A stretch of DNA of 64,000 bases from an uncultured delta proteobacterium (GCA_963735595.1 CAVTLK010000004.1:256001-320000), one strand, 5' to 3'. Shown: positions 52,604 to 64,000, counted from the stretch's first letter. Notes: generated by a model from the letters alone, not told the origin. A program made the numbers and translations.

Positions 52604-53082
52604 TTACCCCCCGAATACTTTCCCGATCCAGGCCCCCACGAAGTGCGTCGTGACGATGACCAGCGCCGCTATCGTCAGGTGCTCGGCGATGACCACGGCG
52701 GGCTTTTTGCCCTGCATCCGGGCGATGACGAAGCTCAGGAACCCCAGCGCGATACCCCCCAGGCAATGCTGACGGCGATTGCCCACGAGAGGTCCAGCAG
52801 GAACACCGGGACGAGAAACGTGGAGGCAAACAGGAACTTGGAGGCGAGGGTGGAGATCGTCGAGGTCCAGATCTCGGCCTCGGTGTGCATGTCCTCGGAT
52901 TCCTCGGAGATGTGGACGCCCAGCGCGTCGGAAAAGGCGTCGGCTATCGCGATGGTCAATACGCCGCCGATGACGACGAGCTTCGAGTGGGTGCTGGAGG
53001 AGAGCCCCATCATCAGGCCGAGGGTGGTGATGATGCCCGAGGTCAGCCCGAAGCTCATGCCGGAAAGGATTGATTTCTTCAT
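52604..53082 (-). CDS. VIT1/CCC1-like membrane protein; frameshift near 52755
   Basis: FGLTSGIITTLG, ADAFSDALG.HISEE. Confidence 0.78.
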
Positions 53083-53088
53083 AATTAA

Positions 53089-54538
53089 TTACTGCCTTTT
53101 CTTACCCGCCGGCCTGTTGTGCTCCCCGTAGGCCGCGAGGTTGCGTGCCGCGGCCCCTGCCGCCTCGATCGACGGGTGGGTGGAGATCCCCCTCTCGTTG
53201 AGGTAGACAAAGGACCTCAGCCACTCGTCGCCGGAATAGTAGAGCGGCATCACCACCATGAACATCTTTTTTACACCCGCGGCGACGTTGACCATCGCGT
53301 CCAGGAGGTACTGGTTGTAGCCCTCCTTGAAGAGGTGGGCGAACTCGATCTGGTGCTGATATATGATCATATCGGTCTCGGGGTCGTCGTCTATGATCCC
53401 GAACATCTTCTCGAAGACGCCGGGCAGCCCCCCCACGAGGGAAAAATCGACCGGGTTTATAAAGCCGGTGCCCTCCGACGGAATAATGGAGGCAAGGGCC
53501 TCCTGCGTCTCCTTCGCGAAGGGGGGGACGGCCAGGCCCATGCCCGGCAGGACGTCCGCCGCGACGACCCCCTCGCCCCCGCCCCGGTTGACCAGCGCGA
53601 CGCGCCGGCCCACGGTGCCGCGCCGCTTGGTGAAGGCGGAAACCGTCCCGACCAGCTCCTCGAAGGTCGGGACACGGACAGCCCCCGCCTGGCGAAGGGC
53701 CGCGTCCCATAGCCGCGCGCTTCCGGCCATGATGCCGGTGTGCGACGAGGCCGCCTTGGCCCCCGCCTCGCTCATCCCGACCTTGAGCACAACGATCGGC
53801 TTTACCGCCGAGCCGCGTTTGACCAGCTCCGTGAAGCGGCCCGTGTCCGCCGACCCCTCGAGGTAGACGGCGATAACCTCCACGGTTTGATCTGCAATCA
53901 TATATTCCAGGAAATCCTCGACCGAGAGATCGACGGTATTGCCCAGGCTCACGGCCTTGTTTACCCGGTAGGCATAGTGCGCCCCGCACCAGATGAGCGC
54001 CTGGGTCGTGCCGCCGCTCTGGGAAACCACCCCGACGGTGCCCACCCCTTTCGGGAAGATGCCGGGGGGAAAGGCGATACCCACCGCGGGGGAATAGACT
54101 CCCAGGCAGTTGGGCCCGATCACGCGGAGGCCCGTCTCCCGAGCCGCCCGCCTCAACTCGGCTTCAAGCTGCCTGCCCTTGTCGTTTTCCAGGTCGCCGA
54201 AGCCGGAGGAAAAGACATGGGCGGCCTTGACCCCCCTTTGTGCGAGGCGCCGCACGGCGTCAGGCACCTCGCGGGACGGAACGCAGAGGATTGCGTAGTC
54301 TATCCCGGCCGGCAGCGCTTCGATCGAATCGCACGGCTCGTAGTCTCCGACACGGGCCGCCGTTCGTGGAAATGACATATACCTTCCCGGAATAACCCTG
54401 GTTGACCAGGGCATCGAGAAACATGGAGCCGCCCTTTGCGGGGCCCGTCTTTCCCACGAGGGCGATGGTTTGCGGCAGGAAAACGGCGTTCCAGAAGGGG
54501 TCGGAGGGGGGTGGTGTCGGTGTCACGTCAATCTCCAT
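53089..54538 (-). CDS. ADP-forming acyl-CoA synthetase alpha-like (CoA-binding) subunit; frameshift near 54355
   Basis: IGPNCLG, SQSGG, AASSHTG phospho-His; N-terminus in another frame. Confidence 0.82.
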
Positions 54539-54962
54539 TATTAGGCCATTATGTTGGCCATCAGTTGGCCATCGGTTAGGCATCGGTCTCGGGTCGTAGC
54601 GGGCCGCGGTGCAGGCATCGTTCTTTTTACTCCATATCTGCCGGCGGATCGGGGCGGCTCTATCCGGCGTTCGCCGGGCTACCGGGTAAATACCGTATCA
54701 TCTGCCCCTTTTTTGTCAAGTATTTTCGTTATTTTCCCGAGATTGGCAAATAAATGAAGCGAACAGTAATAAAACATTTGACAAATCATAATCGTAACGT
54801 TATATAGTATAGTAGCTTTTACTATTTGCTATGGGAAGTGCTCCGTAAGAAGATGCGAAGGGAAGGAACCGCTTATAATACCGTTCGCCGTGTTTGCCCG
54901 CCACGCCCACTATCGTTTTCCCTGTGTGTTTACTATAGAAACTACCTAGTTATGGAGGATTT

Positions 54963-56528
54963 ATGAAATCAAGGAAATTACTTTATGCGGGGTTGATCCT
55001 CGTGTTGGCCGTAGGCCTCGTCTGGGCCGCCGGCTGTGAGAAGAAACCCCCGAAGACCGCCGGCGGTGAGATTGTCATCGGCACTACCGAAAAGATCACG
55101 AAGCTTGATCCGGCAGAGGCCTACGACTTCTACACCTGGGAGATCTTCCAGAACATCTACCAGACGCTCCTGGCCTACAAGCCCGGCACGACCGAACTGG
55201 TCCCGGGGCTGGCCGCCGAGATGCCCGTCGCATCTGCGGACAACAAGGAGTGGACCTTCAAGCTCAGAGAGGGCCTCATGTTCTCCGACGGCACCCCTCT
55301 GACGGCCGACACGGTCAAGTATCAGATCGACCGGGTTATGCTTACCAAGTCCGACCCGTCGTGGCTGGTGGATGACTTCGTCGATCACGTCGAAGTAATC
55401 GACCCGCTGACCGTCAAGTTCGTCCTCAAGACGCCGGTCGCCTACTTCCCGTCACTGGTTGCGACCCCGCCGTATATGCCGGTGGATCCGAAGATCTATC
55501 CTGCCGATAAGACCATCGCCGATCCTACCGCGTTTAACTGCGCGGGCGCCTACATGGTGGAGAAGTTCGTGCGTGACGTGGAGCTGGTTCTCGTGAAGAA
55601 CCCGAACTACTACGGCGACGCAGCGCTCAACGACAAGATCATCATCAAGTTCTACAAGGACGCCACGACGCTTCGCCTCGCCGTCGAAAAGGGCGAGATC
55701 GACATCGCGTGGAAGGCCCTCAACCCCTCCGACATCAAGGACCTGAAGGCCAACCCGAACCTGAAGGTCGTCGAGGCATCCGGCGCCCAGATCAGGTATC
55801 TCTGCTTTGTCTGCAACGGCGATCCCTTCAAGGAGAAAATCCTGAGGGCGGCGGTTGCGGCGGCCGTTGACCGCGCCTCCATTGTCGACAAGATCTTCCT
55901 CGGCACGGTGGAACCCCTCTACTCCATGGTCCCCATCGGGATGTGGAGCCACAAGGATTCCTTCAAGACCGAATACGGCGACGCCAACATCGAAAAGGCC
56001 AAAGAGCTCCTCAAGGGGCTGGGCTTTGACGAAGCCAATCCGTTTACCTTCGAGCTGTGGTACTCGCCGAGCCACTACGGCGATACCGAGGCCGACGTGG
56101 CCCTGCTCCTCAAGCAGGCCCTGGAAGCCACCGGCGTCATGAAGGTCGAGATCAAGAGCGCCGAATGGGGCACGTACAACGAGAACTTCGACAAAGGCAA
56201 CATGAGCGTCTTCCTCCTCGGCTGGTATCCGGATTACATCGACCCGGATGATTACACCTCGGTCTTTGCCCTGTCCTCTGCTTCCGACAGCATGGGGATC
56301 TTCTATGCCGATCCCAAGATGGACGAGCTGCTCCTGAAGGCCCAGGTTACGCCGGACCTGAAAGAGCGGACCAAGATCTACGAAGAGGTCCAGGACTACT
56401 GGGCAAAAGAAGTCCCGACCTGCCCGCTTTTCCAGGGCAAGCTCACGCTTGTGACCCAGCCCTATATCGAGGGCATCAACATTGGCGCGACCATGATCTT
56501 CAACTACGACGTGGTCTACCGCAAATAG
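54963..56528 (+). CDS. Peptide/nickel-family ABC substrate-binding lipoprotein
   Basis: AAGC lipobox, LDPA, FSDGTP, LGWYPDY.DPD. Confidence 0.92.
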   Translation: MKSRKLLYAGLILVLAVGLVWAAGCEKKPPKTAGGEIVIGTTEKITKLDPAEAYDFYTWEIFQNIYQTLLAYKPGTTELVPGLAAEMPVASADNKEWTFKLREGLMFSDGTPLTADTVKYQIDRVMLTKSDPSWLVDDFVDHVEVIDPLTVKFVLKTPVAYFPSLVATPPYMPVDPKIYPADKTIADPTAFNCAGAYMVEKFVRDVELVLVKNPNYYGDAALNDKIIIKFYKDATTLRLAVEKGEIDIAWKALNPSDIKDLKANPNLKVVEASGAQIRYLCFVCNGDPFKEKILRAAVAAAVDRASIVDKIFLGTVEPLYSMVPIGMWSHKDSFKTEYGDANIEKAKELLKGLGFDEANPFTFELWYSPSHYGDTEADVALLLKQALEATGVMKVEIKSAEWGTYNENFDKGNMSVFLLGWYPDYIDPDDYTSVFALSSASDSMGIFYADPKMDELLLKAQVTPDLKERTKIYEEVQDYWAKEVPTCPLFQGKLTLVTQPYIEGINIGATMIFNYDVVYRK

Positions 56529-56545
56529 CGACAATCTGATGCACC

Positions 56546-56582
56546 GGGGGGGAAGGCCAAACGCCTTCCCCCTCCTTTTTTC
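56546..56582 (+). terminator. Hairpin and T-tract after the substrate-binding gene
   Basis: GGGGGAAGGC-CAAAC-GCCTTCCCCC followed by a T-run. Confidence 0.65.
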
Positions 56583-56599
56583 ATCCGGGCGGTTTGCCA

Positions 56600-57639
56600 A
56601 TGAGAGCTCTCTTATCATATATACTGACGCGCATCCTTCTGACGATCCCGATGATCCTCATCCTGCTGACCCTGGTCTTTTTCATCATCAGGGTTATGCC
56701 CGGCGATCCCGTCAAGTCGATGCTGGGGGCGCACGCTCCCAAGGAGACGATGGACGAGATCCGCCACCAGCTCGGGCTGGACAAACCTATCATCGACTTT
56801 TCCACGAACAACCAGTTCGTTGATTATATGTCGGCGCTGCTCCACGGCGATTTCGGAATGTCGCTCTGGTATAAAGTGCCCGTAACCAAGAAGATAGCCC
56901 AGTATTTTCCCGCAACCCTTGAGCTGACGATCTTTGCGCTCCTGTTCGCGGTGGGCCTGGGGGTCGCCACGGGGGCATTTGCGGCCCACAAGCGGAAAAG
57001 CGCCGCCGACTATGCGATCAGGCTCTTCGGGATCACGACCTATTCCATCCCGGTCTTCTGGCTGGGACTGATGCTCCAGATGTTTCTGGGCGTCGGGATC
57101 GGCTGGTTTCCCAGCTGGTTTCCGATCGCCGGCAGGATCGGCGCGCGGATATCGCCGAACGTCGTTACCGGGCTCTACGTCGCTGGACGGGATTATCACC
57201 CTCAATTTCGAACAGGTGATAAGCGCGCTGTGGCACCTGGCGCTGCCGGCCACCGCGCTGGGCCTTATCCTCTGCGGGATCTTTATCAGGCTCACCCGGG
57301 CCAATATGCTCGATGTCCTCAAGCAGGACTACGTCCTGGCGGCCAATGCACGGGGCATCCCCAAACGGAGGGTCGTCTATAAACACGCCCTGAAAAACGC
57401 CTTCGTCCCGATCCTGACCATGATGGGCCTCGAGTTCGCCTACCTCATGTCCGGGGCGGTCTCTGACCGAGACTACCTTCTCGTGGCCGGGGATGGGCAG
57501 CTTCCTGGTCGAGTCGGTCAATTATCGCGATTTCCCGGCCCTGCAGGGGACGATTATTTTTATTGCAATGCTGGTGATGGGAATATCGCTGTTGGTCGAT
57601 ATCCTGTACGCGATCATCGATCCGCGGGTGAGGTACTGA
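56600..57639 (+). CDS. DppB-like permease; frameshifts near 57185 and 57460
   Basis: MPGDP, PATLEL, ARGI..HALKNA, DPRVRY. Confidence 0.82.
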
Positions 57640-57641
57640 CA

Positions 57642-58517
57642 ATGCGGTACGGCTTTTTATCACGCCCCATCCGCTATTTCATCGAAATGGCCAGGGAACA
57701 CAAGGCCGAATGGTACATCGTTGTGGCCGGCGCCATAATCCTGACCATTATCGTGCTTTCCTCGGTGTTCGCGCCCCTGATCGCCCCGTACGGTCCGCTG
57801 GTGGAAGCCGGAGAGCGGTTCTCGCCGCCGAGCCGTGAATTCATCATGGGGACTAACAACCTCGGGTTCGACGTCTTTTCCCGGATTCTCTACGGCTCCC
57901 GGACGGTGCTCCTGATCTCGATCGCGGCATCGATATTCTCCGCCTTTTTCGGGATACCTATCGGTCTGCTTTCCGGATATTACGGCGGAAAGCTGGACCG
58001 CACCCTCTCGCTGGTCATGGACTCGATCTACTCCTTCCCGGGGCTGATCCTGGCGATCGCCATGGCGGCGATGCTCGGCCCCGGCGTCATGAACATCTCG
58101 CTGGCCATCGCGGTGATCTACGTCCCGACCTATTTTCGTATCGTTCGCGGCCAGGTGCTTTCCGTCAAAGCAGGAGCTCTACGTGGAGGCCGCCCGCTCC
58201 ATCGGGGCAAGCCGGTGACCATCATGAGCGAAATACGTCTTTCCCAACGTGATCGCCTCGGTTGTCGTCATATTTTCGCTGAACGTCGCCGACGCCATCC
58301 TTACCGAGGCGGGCCTCTCGTACCTGGGTCTGGGTCTTCCCCCGGATCTGCCCGGACTGGGGGATCGACCTGTCAAAGGGAAAGGTATTCGTGCCCAGCG
58401 GTATGTGGTGGATCGTTACGTTCCCCGGCCTTATGATCACTGATGGTGGCCCTCTCGTTTACGATGATCGGCGAGGGGCTCAACGAGATCCTCAATCCCC
58501 GGCTCAAGGAGAAATGA
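57642..58517 (+). CDS. DppC-like permease; several frameshifts at 58170-58445
   Basis: MGTNNLGFDVFSR, EAGLSYLGLG. Confidence 0.8.
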
Positions 58518-59484
58518 GTGGACGACGCTATCCTGACTATCAAGGGTCTCTCTATCCATTACCCGACCTCGTCGGGCATTGTTAGGGCCGTCGACAGCGT
58601 CGATCTTTCTCTGCCGCGGGGCGGCGTCGTGGGGCTGGTGGGGGAAAGCGGCTGCGGAAAATCGACGCTGGGGCTGGCGATCCTCAAGCTGATGCGTCCC
58701 CCGGGTCAGATCGTATCGGGGGATATCGTCCTTGACGGAGAAAACCTGATAGACAAAGACGAAGCCGAGATGAGGAAGGTCCGCGGGCCGAAGGTATCCA
58801 TGGTCTTCCAGGACCCGATGACATCGCTCAACCCCCTGATACGGCTCGACCGGCATTTCCTCGAGACAATCGCGCCCATGAAAACGGCGTCGAGCAAAAA
58901 GGCCGCCATGGCGCGGGTCAATTCGCTGGTGGAGCACCTCGGCATCTCTCCTCGCGCCTCAAGGAATTCCCCCATGAGCTGTCCGGCGGGATGCGGCAGC
59001 GGATCATGATCGGGCTTGCCCTCATCCTCAACCCGCGGCTGATCATCGCCGACGAGCCGACGAACTCGCTGGACGTGATCGTCGAGGCCCACTTCCTCGA
59101 CCTGCTCAAGAGCCTTCAGAAGGAATATAACCTGACGATTCTCCTGATCACCCACAACATGGGGATCGTGGCGCAGCTGGCCGACCGCGTGGCGGTCATG
59201 TACGCCGGCAGGATCGTCGAGGAGGCCGACGTGATGGACCTGTTCGGCAACCCGCTGCACCCCTACACGAGGGGTCTCCTCTCGTCGATCCCGAACATAG
59301 AGGTGGATCAGATGCACCTCTACACGATGCCCGGCTCCCCGCCCGACCTGACGGACCTCCCGCCGGGTTGTCCGTTTCACCCCCGCTGCCCCAGCAGGAT
59401 GAAGATCTGCGACAAGAAATTACCCAACGATATCACCACCGACGGACGGCAGAGTGGAATGCTTCCTCTACGGGGGGGAAATAA
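58518..59484 (+). CDS. DppD-like ABC ATPase; frameshifts near 58950 and 59450
   Basis: GESGCGKS, ADEPT, HPYT, CPFHPRC. Confidence 0.85.
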
Positions 59485-60497
59485 TGCCTGAACGCGAGAC
59501 GCTTGTGAGCGTTAAGAATCTTAAGAAATATTTCCCGACCCACGGGGGACTTATCGAGGGCCTGTTTACGCCCGAGAAGCGCTACGTCAGGGCCGTGGAC
59601 GACGTATCCTTTGATATCGAGAAGGGCGAGGTAATGGGCCTTGCGGGCGAGAGCGGGTGCGGTAAGACAACGACGGGACGGCTCGTTATGCGGCTCGTTG
59701 ACCCGACCGAAGGCGAGATCAGGTTTGAGGGAAAAGATATCACGCATCTGACGGGCGAGGCGCTGCGGCGGTTCCGCCCGCATATGCAGATGGTTTTCCA
59801 GGACCCCCATGCGTCGCTCAACCCCCGCATGACCGTGGGAGAAAATATCGGGTATTCGCTGGTCATCCAGTCAATCGGAACAAAGAAAGAACAGGAAGAG
59901 CGGGTCAAGGAGGTCATGCAGCGGGTGGCGCTTACCCCCGTGAACGATATCTATAACCGGTACCCGCACCTGCTGTCCGGAGGACAAAAGCAGCGGGTCG
60001 TCCTGGCGCGGGCGCTGGTCCTCTCGCCCAAGCTGGTTGTGGCCGATGAGCCGATCGCCATGGCCGACGTGTCGGTTCGGGCGCTCATCCTCGAGATGAT
60101 GATCAAGCTAAAGGAAGAGCTGAAGCTGACGTACCTGTTCGTCACGCACGACCTGGCCACGGCCAAATATATCTGCAGCCGAATCGCGGTGATGTACCTG
60201 GGCGTTATCGTCGAGATCGGGACGGTGGATCAGGTCTTCCATAACCCGATGCACCCCTACACCAGGGCGCTTCTTGCGGCGGTCCCGGTCCCGAACCCCA
60301 CGCTGCGCCGGCGCCATGCCATAGCGCGGGGAGAGATCCCCTCGGCTATCGCCCCGCCGCCCGGGTGCCGCTTTCACACCCGCTGCCCCATCTCCGACAA
60401 GGGCTGCTGCGAGTATATTCCGCCGATGGTGGAGGTAGAACCGGGCCACCTGGTTGGCTGCTGCAGGCTGGATGAGTGGAAAAAAAGGGGGATGTGA
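59484..60497 (+). CDS. DppF-like ABC ATPase
   Basis: GESGCGKT, LSGGQKQR, CRFHTRC. Confidence 0.92.
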   Translation: MPERETLVSVKNLKKYFPTHGGLIEGLFTPEKRYVRAVDDVSFDIEKGEVMGLAGESGCGKTTTGRLVMRLVDPTEGEIRFEGKDITHLTGEALRRFRPHMQMVFQDPHASLNPRMTVGENIGYSLVIQSIGTKKEQEERVKEVMQRVALTPVNDIYNRYPHLLSGGQKQRVVLARALVLSPKLVVADEPIAMADVSVRALILEMMIKLKEELKLTYLFVTHDLATAKYICSRIAVMYLGVIVEIGTVDQVFHNPMHPYTRALLAAVPVPNPTLRRRHAIARGEIPSAIAPPPGCRFHTRCPISDKGCCEYIPPMVEVEPGHLVGCCRLDEWKKRGM

Positions 60498-60656
60498 GAC
60501 CGTCTGTCGCCTTCTCTTGCCCCCGGCGGCTCTCCGTACCGGGGCACCGTTTTCTGCCGAGAGGGCTTCGCTTTCCCCACCGTATCGTGCGCCCAACGGC
60601 CACCGGCCAAAAATACCGGCGGCCGTTTTGGTTTTCCGGAAAGTCCCGGCGGGGTG

Positions 60657-61352
60657 TCAGCTGGCCAGCCGGTGATGCGCCTTTCTGATTTCCTTGGGAG
60701 TGAAGTGGTAGACCCGCTTGAATTCCCTGCAGAAATAGCCGAAGTGATTGTACCCGACGGCCTTGGCGATCCGGTAGATGGCCAGGTTCGACGTCTCGAG
60801 GAGCTCCTGGGCCTTTTGCATCCTGATGTCTCGCAGGTAGGACTTGATACCCTTTCCGTAGCGCTTTTTGAAATGGTAGAATATCTTCTGCCTGCGGATG
60901 CCAACCGAGTCGGAGAGGTCATTGACCGAGATATCCTTCATGTAATTCTCCAGAAGGAAAAACCGCACCCGGTCGATGGGGTCCATTTCGGTATTGGGAT
61001 TTCCGGTGACCCGCGCGATTGCGGCGGTCAGGTCCTCGAGGTGAACCGGCTTCTTGAGGTAGTATGCTGCGCCGGCGTTGAGGGCCTCAATTGCCATCTC
61101 CTCGGTGGACAGATGCGTCACGACGATAGAGGGAACACCCCATTTCTTTGATTCCCGGATGACCGAGAAGGATTCCTCGGCCCCCACCGCAAAATTGACG
61201 AGTGCCACGTCGGCCTTGCAGGAGCGAATCGTATCAAGCGCACCGACGGCCTCCTTGGTCCATGCCACCTCATAGGCCTTGCCCAGCGCGGAAATGAGGG
61301 AGCTGACGAATTGAGAATCATTGTCGAACACCATAAGACGTTTACTTATCAT
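60657..61352 (-). CDS. Receiver-like domain plus AraC HTH regulator
   Basis: REC fold (LMVFDND, ALVN, YYLKKP) and IAKAVGYNHFGYFCREFK. Confidence 0.88.
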   Translation of the reverse strand: MISKRLMVFDNDSQFVSSLISALGKAYEVAWTKEAVGALDTIRSCKADVALVNFAVGAEESFSVIRESKKWGVPSIVVTHLSTEEMAIEALNAGAAYYLKKPVHLEDLTAAIARVTGNPNTEMDPIDRVRFFLLENYMKDISVNDLSDSVGIRRQKIFYHFKKRYGKGIKSYLRDIRMQKAQELLETSNLAIYRIAKAVGYNHFGYFCREFKRVYHFTPKEIRKAHHRLAS

Positions 61353-61444
61353 GGTTGTCTCCTTTCCCCTTCAAGGATACGTATAACTTGTGTTAGGACG
61401 CCCGTTTGGACGGGGGGTACCGGCTCCGTCCGCATAGTGTTTAT

Positions 61445-61460
61445 AGCAATAAGCATGCCT
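61445..61460 (-). promoter_or_regulatory. sigma54-type -24/-12 promoter
   Basis: AGGCATGCTTATTGCT (GG-N10-GC) on the minus strand. Confidence 0.65.
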
Positions 61461-61650
61461 ATTCGAGGATTGCGCGGCATTCTTTTTCAAGTGGACAAAT
61501 GAAGCAAATACAATGAGTTACGGCCCGACAGGTGCGTTGCCCTCATTCGAGAGGCCAAAACTGACTAAAAGTGCCAAATAGTTATACAAAAGAGCGAACG
61601 TATTACGTATCGCTACCGATATTTCGAATAATAACGGCATCTTTCAGAGG

Positions 61651-61667
61651 TGTAAAATTTTTTTACA
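61651..61667. promoter_or_regulatory. Putative enhancer-binding-protein site
   Basis: Palindrome TGTAAAA-TTT-TTTTACA (TGT-N11-ACA). Confidence 0.5.
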
Positions 61668-61898
61668 GATGGATTGCGCCCGCAAAATATTCATCACGCG
61701 TCGCCTGTCCGCCCCCAATTCCGGCGCACGGGAGCGCGTCGGACCGATAGGCCCGGGCACCGCCCGGTTCTCTTGTGCCGCCCGCGCCGATTCGCGATTC
61801 ACGGCATGTCCCTTCGACGCTTAGACCTTGACGCTTAGACCTTGACAGATACCGGGCGAATCGGTATCATCTACCCTCACTTCTATCGGGGAGCGTGC

Positions 61899-62666
61899 GT
61901 GAAAACAACGAGAAACAACAGGCCGGTCGATTGGCTCCGGCGGAACGGACGGCAGTTTAACGCCATCCGTCCGGTTACAATGACCAAGAACTATATCCCG
62001 TATGCCGAGGGCAGCGTGCTCATCGAGATGGGGATGACGAGGGTCATCGCCACGGCCTCCGTGGAGGACCGGGTCCCCGGCTTCCTCAAGGGAACCGGCG
62101 GCGGTTGGGTCACCGCGGAATACGGGATGCTGCCACGCTCCACCGAGACCAGGATGACCCGCGAGGTCACGCAGGGGAGGGCCGGCGGCAGGACGCTGGA
62201 GATACAGCGGCTCATCGGCAGGGCGCTCAGGGCAGTCGTCGACCTCAGGGCGCTGGGCGAGCGCACGATCTGGATAGACTGCGACGTGATCTGCGCCGAC
62301 GGGGGAACGCGCACCGCGTCCATCACCGGGGGTTTTGTGGCCCTGGCAGAATGCCTCATGAAGATGAAAAAGACCGGCCAGATATCCCGCGTGCCGATCA
62401 GGGACTACATCGCGGCGGTCAGCGCCGGCGTCGTGGACGGAAAGACCCTGCTCGACCTGGACTACAAGGAAGATTCGGCGGCGGAGGTCGACATGAACTT
62501 CGTCATAACGGGCTCCGGCCTCTTCGTGGAGGTGCAGGGCACGGCCGAAAACCACCCCTTCGATCAGAATACGCTCGATACCATGATGGGGCTTGCCCGG
62601 GACGGGATTGCCCTGCTCATCGAAAAGCAGAAAGAGCTCCTCGGGGAGATCAGTGACAAGACCTGA
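61899..62666 (+). CDS. rph: Ribonuclease PH
   Basis: [34 protein letters not shown]. Confidence 0.97.
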   Translation: MKTTRNNRPVDWLRRNGRQFNAIRPVTMTKNYIPYAEGSVLIEMGMTRVIATASVEDRVPGFLKGTGGGWVTAEYGMLPRSTETRMTREVTQGRAGGRTLEIQRLIGRALRAVVDLRALGERTIWIDCDVICADGGTRTASITGGFVALAECLMKMKKTGQISRVPIRDYIAAVSAGVVDGKTLLDLDYKEDSAAEVDMNFVITGSGLFVEVQGTAENHPFDQNTLDTMMGLARDGIALLIEKQKELLGEISDKT

Positions 62667-63264
62667 GATCGTGATTGCCACCAAGAACCGGGGCAAGCTC
62701 GCGGAATTCCGGCAGATCATGGACGAGCTGGGGCTGACGGACAGCGTGGAGGTGACGTCGCTCCTCGATGTTGCCGATTACCCCGACGTCGAGGAGACGG
62801 GCGGCACCTTCGAGGAAAACGCCCTGATCAAGGCGCGGGCGGCGGCGGCTTTCACGGGCCTGCTTTCCGCGGCAGACGACTCGGGGCTGGAGGTGGAGGC
62901 GCTGAATGGGGCGCCGGGGGTGCTGTCGGCCCGCTTTGCGGGCCCTTCGTCCACGGACGCGGCCAACAACGAAAAGCTGCTGGGGCTCCTCGCCGGCGTT
63001 TCTCCCGAGCGGCGGTCGGCCCGGTTCGTGGCGGTGATCGCGCTGGTCACCCCGGACGGGCGGGAGGCCATCGTGCGCGGGGAGTGCCGGGGCGCTATCG
63101 CCGATGCGCCCCGGGGCGGCGGCGGGTTCGGGTATGACCCGGTTTTCTTTTATCCCCCCCTCGGCAAGACCTACGCCGAGATGAGCGACCCCGAGAAAAA
63201 CCGGATCAGCCACCGCAGGCGCGCGATCGAGGCGCTGTGCGGCGTGCTGCCGGAGTTTCTGTAA
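62653..63264 (+). CDS. rdgB: Non-canonical purine NTP pyrophosphatase
   Basis: ATKNRGK, ADDSGL, GFGYDP, SHR. Confidence 0.96.
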   Translation: MTRPEIVIATKNRGKLAEFRQIMDELGLTDSVEVTSLLDVADYPDVEETGGTFEENALIKARAAAAFTGLLSAADDSGLEVEALNGAPGVLSARFAGPSSTDAANNEKLLGLLAGVSPERRSARFVAVIALVTPDGREAIVRGECRGAIADAPRGGGGFGYDPVFFYPPLGKTYAEMSDPEKNRISHRRRAIEALCGVLPEFL

Positions 63265-63290
63265 TCTGCCAATCAAGCGGGGGTTGCGGC

Positions 63291-63740
63291 ATGGCGAGGC
63301 AGCTTTCCCTTTACCGTATCTGCTCGTATCTCTTGATCGTCTTTTGTGCCCTCCACACGTTCGGCCTGCTGAGCCGCGCAAGCTACGGGACGGGAGTCGA
63401 TACCGTACGGTCGCTGATGGACTCGGCCGGGTTCACGGTTATGGGCTCGAACGTCACCTGGGGCGGGATGTATCTCGGGCTCGGCCTCCTCTTTTCGGTC
63501 TTTCTTCTCTTTTCCGCATTTCTGGCCTGGTACATGGGCGGGTTCACGGGAAAGCTCGCAGCCCCGTTCCTGCCGATAGGGTGGGCGCTGCTGGCGACCT
63601 TCGCGCTCGTGGCCGGCGTGAGCTGGGCCTACTTTTTTACCGCACCGGGGATTATGGCGACCCTGATTGCGCTGCTGATGGCGGCGGCAAACGTCCTGAT
63701 ATACGCGGGGATAAACAATAAGGGTGTAAGCAAGAGGTGA
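63291..63740 (+). CDS. Hypothetical 4-TM membrane protein
   Basis: Hydrophobic ORF, LHTFG motif. Confidence 0.7.
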   Translation: MARQLSLYRICSYLLIVFCALHTFGLLSRASYGTGVDTVRSLMDSAGFTVMGSNVTWGGMYLGLGLLFSVFLLFSAFLAWYMGGFTGKLAAPFLPIGWALLATFALVAGVSWAYFFTAPGIMATLIALLMAAANVLIYAGINNKGVSKR

Positions 63741-63791
63741 AGCGTAAAGCGTTACCGAGGGTTTACGCCGGATATCATTGAGGAGGGAATA

Positions 63792-64000
63792 ATGCATAAG
63801 AGGTCTTTCCTATTAGCTTTGATTTGTACGTTCTTACCTTTAGTCGTTTCGTGCTATACAATGCCACCAGTTAAGCCAGAAAAAGTACAGATTGATAACA
63901 TATTTACTGTTGATATTCCCTCTGATAAGGTTTTCGATGCCTTTATAGATTACTTTAGGGACAAGAATCTTACCTTGATAACGTCTGACGACTTTACTGG
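63792..64000 (+). CDS. Putative lipoprotein, 3' truncated, AT-richer
   Basis: GGAGG RBS; MHKRSFLLALICTFLPLVVSC signal/lipobox. Confidence 0.6.
   Translation, partial: MHKRSFLLALICTFLPLVVSCYTMPPVKPEKVQIDNIFTVDIPSDKVFDAFIDYFRDKNLTLITSDDFT

Overview
High-GC bacterial chromosome segment, most consistent with an anaerobic Desulfobacterota ('Deltaproteobacteria')-type organism (inferred from the split atp operon, parAB-bactofilin-atpF'F linkage and lexA-dinB linkage). 1-16 kb is housekeeping: purL/purQ, rpmH-rnpA-yidC-jag-mnmE, two parS sites, parAB, bactofilin and atpF'FHAGDC. No dnaA, mnmG or rsmG is present. 16-33 kb is accessory and repeat-rich: a lexA/small ImuB-C-like gene/dinB SOS cassette, a radical SAM gene with an unknown partner, an orphan histidine kinase, zinc-ribbon and TM2 membrane proteins, a V4R protein, a HAD hydrolase and an AT-rich DUF5343-HEPN-like gene. 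ileS-lspA-lgt follows. The best novel-system candidate is an integrase-less island at about 37.8-43.15 kb. It contains a CHC2 Zn-finger gene, an AAA helicase-wHTH gene, a TGAAACAG iteron cluster, a stand-alone copy of the helicase wHTH and an AT-rich SmaI-like R-M pair, and is bracketed by inverted REP-like modules. The remainder encodes twin Cache proteins, PrsW, mlaEFD, a leuD-like gene, icd, mdh, fumarase alpha, a VIT protein, an acyl-CoA ligase subunit, a peptide ABC transporter, a sigma54-type pseudo-receiver AraC regulator, rph and rdgB. Many single-base frameshifts, including one in essential ileS, suggest assembly indel errors. Family assignments come from motif recognition, not database searches.
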